A stretch of 64,000 nucleotides of DNA. Source: a virus (Duplodnaviria > Heunggongvirae > Uroviricota > Caudoviricetes). The stretch covers positions 35,143-99,142 of IMG/VR virus record IMGVR_UViG_3300028840_008153. One strand, written 5' to 3'. Shown here piece by piece: positions 63,172-64,000 of the stretch. Position 1 is the first letter of the stretch; each line of letters opens with the position of its first letter. The notes beneath the pieces were generated by a model. That model ran no database searches, was not told the DNA's origin, and was given only the letters and a program-made list of their open reading frames with translations. Made by a program: the position numbers and the translations under genes.

Positions 63172-63876
63172 CTACCTCCCTAGATATTTGTCCAAATCCC
63201 GCTCGGCCTGCATCGACAGTTCCTCAGCCGACGGGCCATGCATGGACTTGTAGAGTTCCTTTGCCGTGAACGCCGTTCCCGTGAGCGGGTTGAACGCGTG
63301 CTGCAGCGCCTGAACAGGTATGCCCGCCGCACCGTAATGCTTCATCGTCTCTTCACCCGCACGGGCGAAACGCTCCGTACGGCCTTTCGCCGCTTCCGCC
63401 AGCGAGCCAAAGTACCCTCTTTCACCACGCTGGTAAAGAGGATCGCTGAGAGGAGCTATCGCTGTCAGGCCCGCCTCGAACACACCACTGAACGGAAGAG
63501 AGGCGGCGCCCATGCCAAGGTTCGCCGCGTGTCGCCACGTCATGGGCGATCCAAACAGCCTTCCCAGCCACTTCGTGGGTGCCGTGGTGAGCGCTGCGGA
63601 CGCCGCCGCGCCGGGGTACGTCTCGGGCGCGTGAACCCATGCGCCCTGCCTGAATGCCTGTCGTTCGAGGTGATCCTGGTGTGCCTTCTGATTCGCCCGA
63701 ATGCGATTGAAGTGCGCCATGGCTTCAGGGCGTGGAATGCGTCCGGCTTTGACTTCCGCAAGGAGCTGTTGGGCGACGTACTCGTCGAGCATCGGGCCGA
63801 TGCGGGCGGCGGGAAGCTGGCCCTGTTCGACGGCGTCATAAAACTCCTGGGGAATACGAGAAAAGTCAGCTGGCAT
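63172..63876 (-). CDS. Hypothetical protein with hydrophobic Ala/Gly segments
   Basis: 234 aa; coupled to the next gene. Confidence 0.6.
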   Translation of the reverse strand: MPADFSRIPQEFYDAVEQGQLPAARIGPMLDEYVAQQLLAEVKAGRIPRPEAMAHFNRIRANQKAHQDHLERQAFRQGAWVHAPETYPGAAASAALTTAPTKWLGRLFGSPMTWRHAANLGMGAASLPFSGVFEAGLTAIAPLSDPLYQRGERGYFGSLAEAAKGRTERFARAGEETMKHYGAAGIPVQALQHAFNPLTGTAFTAKELYKSMHGPSAEELSMQAERDLDKYLGR

Positions 63877-63906
63877 GAGCAGCCCCCGAGCACACGATCC
63901 CCCTTC

Positions 63907-63934
63907 ACTTTACTCGGACGACCGGGCAATTCAA
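63907..63934 (-). promoter_or_regulatory. Possible sigma70-like promoter TTGAAT-N16-TAAAGT
   Basis: In the 62-bp gap upstream of 63876. Confidence 0.4.
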
Positions 63935-63938
63935 GACG

Positions 63939-64000
63939 CTACTCCTGCCAGAAGTTGGTAGCCTTCCCGGCGTACTGTTTGGCCACCTCCTGGCCCAAAA
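63939..64000 (-). CDS. C-terminal fragment of a gene entering from the right edge
   Basis: ...LGQEVAKQYAGKATNFWQE-TAG. Confidence 0.5.
   Translation of the reverse strand, partial: LGQEVAKQYAGKATNFWQE

Noticed and set aside
1-64000. Stop-codon reassignment
   Set aside because: Genes are intact in the standard code, and TAA, TAG and TGA all end genes at coupled junctions.
1-64000. tRNA, rRNA, integrase or transposase
   Set aside because: Intergenic gaps are short and none showed a cloverleaf or mobile-element signature by eye; a tRNAscan-SE/Infernal run would be needed to exclude small RNAs.

Overview
The window is a continuous, GC-rich, minus-strand morphogenesis block from a large tailed (myovirus-like, probably jumbo) phage. 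In transcription order (right to left) it holds inner-head or unknown ORFs, a multisubunit RNA polymerase (beta fused to the N-half of beta', with the C-half of beta' as a separate gene), prohead protease, scaffold, decoration protein, HK97-like major capsid, neck, tail terminator, sheath, tube, spike, frameshifting tail chaperone, hub, a sigma70-family factor, baseplate wedges, five paralogous fibre/baseplate genes, a repeat fibre and a partial glycosyltransferase-like gene. Portal, terminase, lysis and replication genes were not seen, and the host is unknown. Two patterns split the proteome. (1) Head-associated ORFs are full of K-x-A motifs, and several start with (F/Y)L(I/L)K(E/Q)A. Enzyme modules sit between such motifs: HAD phosphatase plus 2H phosphoesterase inside RNAP beta, a nucleotidyltransferase plus an ART-like domain, and a DUF5661-like module. 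This suggests a protease-released capsid-cargo polyprotein system. (2) Ten neck, tail, fibre and head-surface ORFs carry mixed-codon poly-serine tracts, often at their termini, and the operon is followed by a glycosyltransferase-like gene, suggesting virion O-glycosylation. All product calls come from motifs read by eye; no database search was run.
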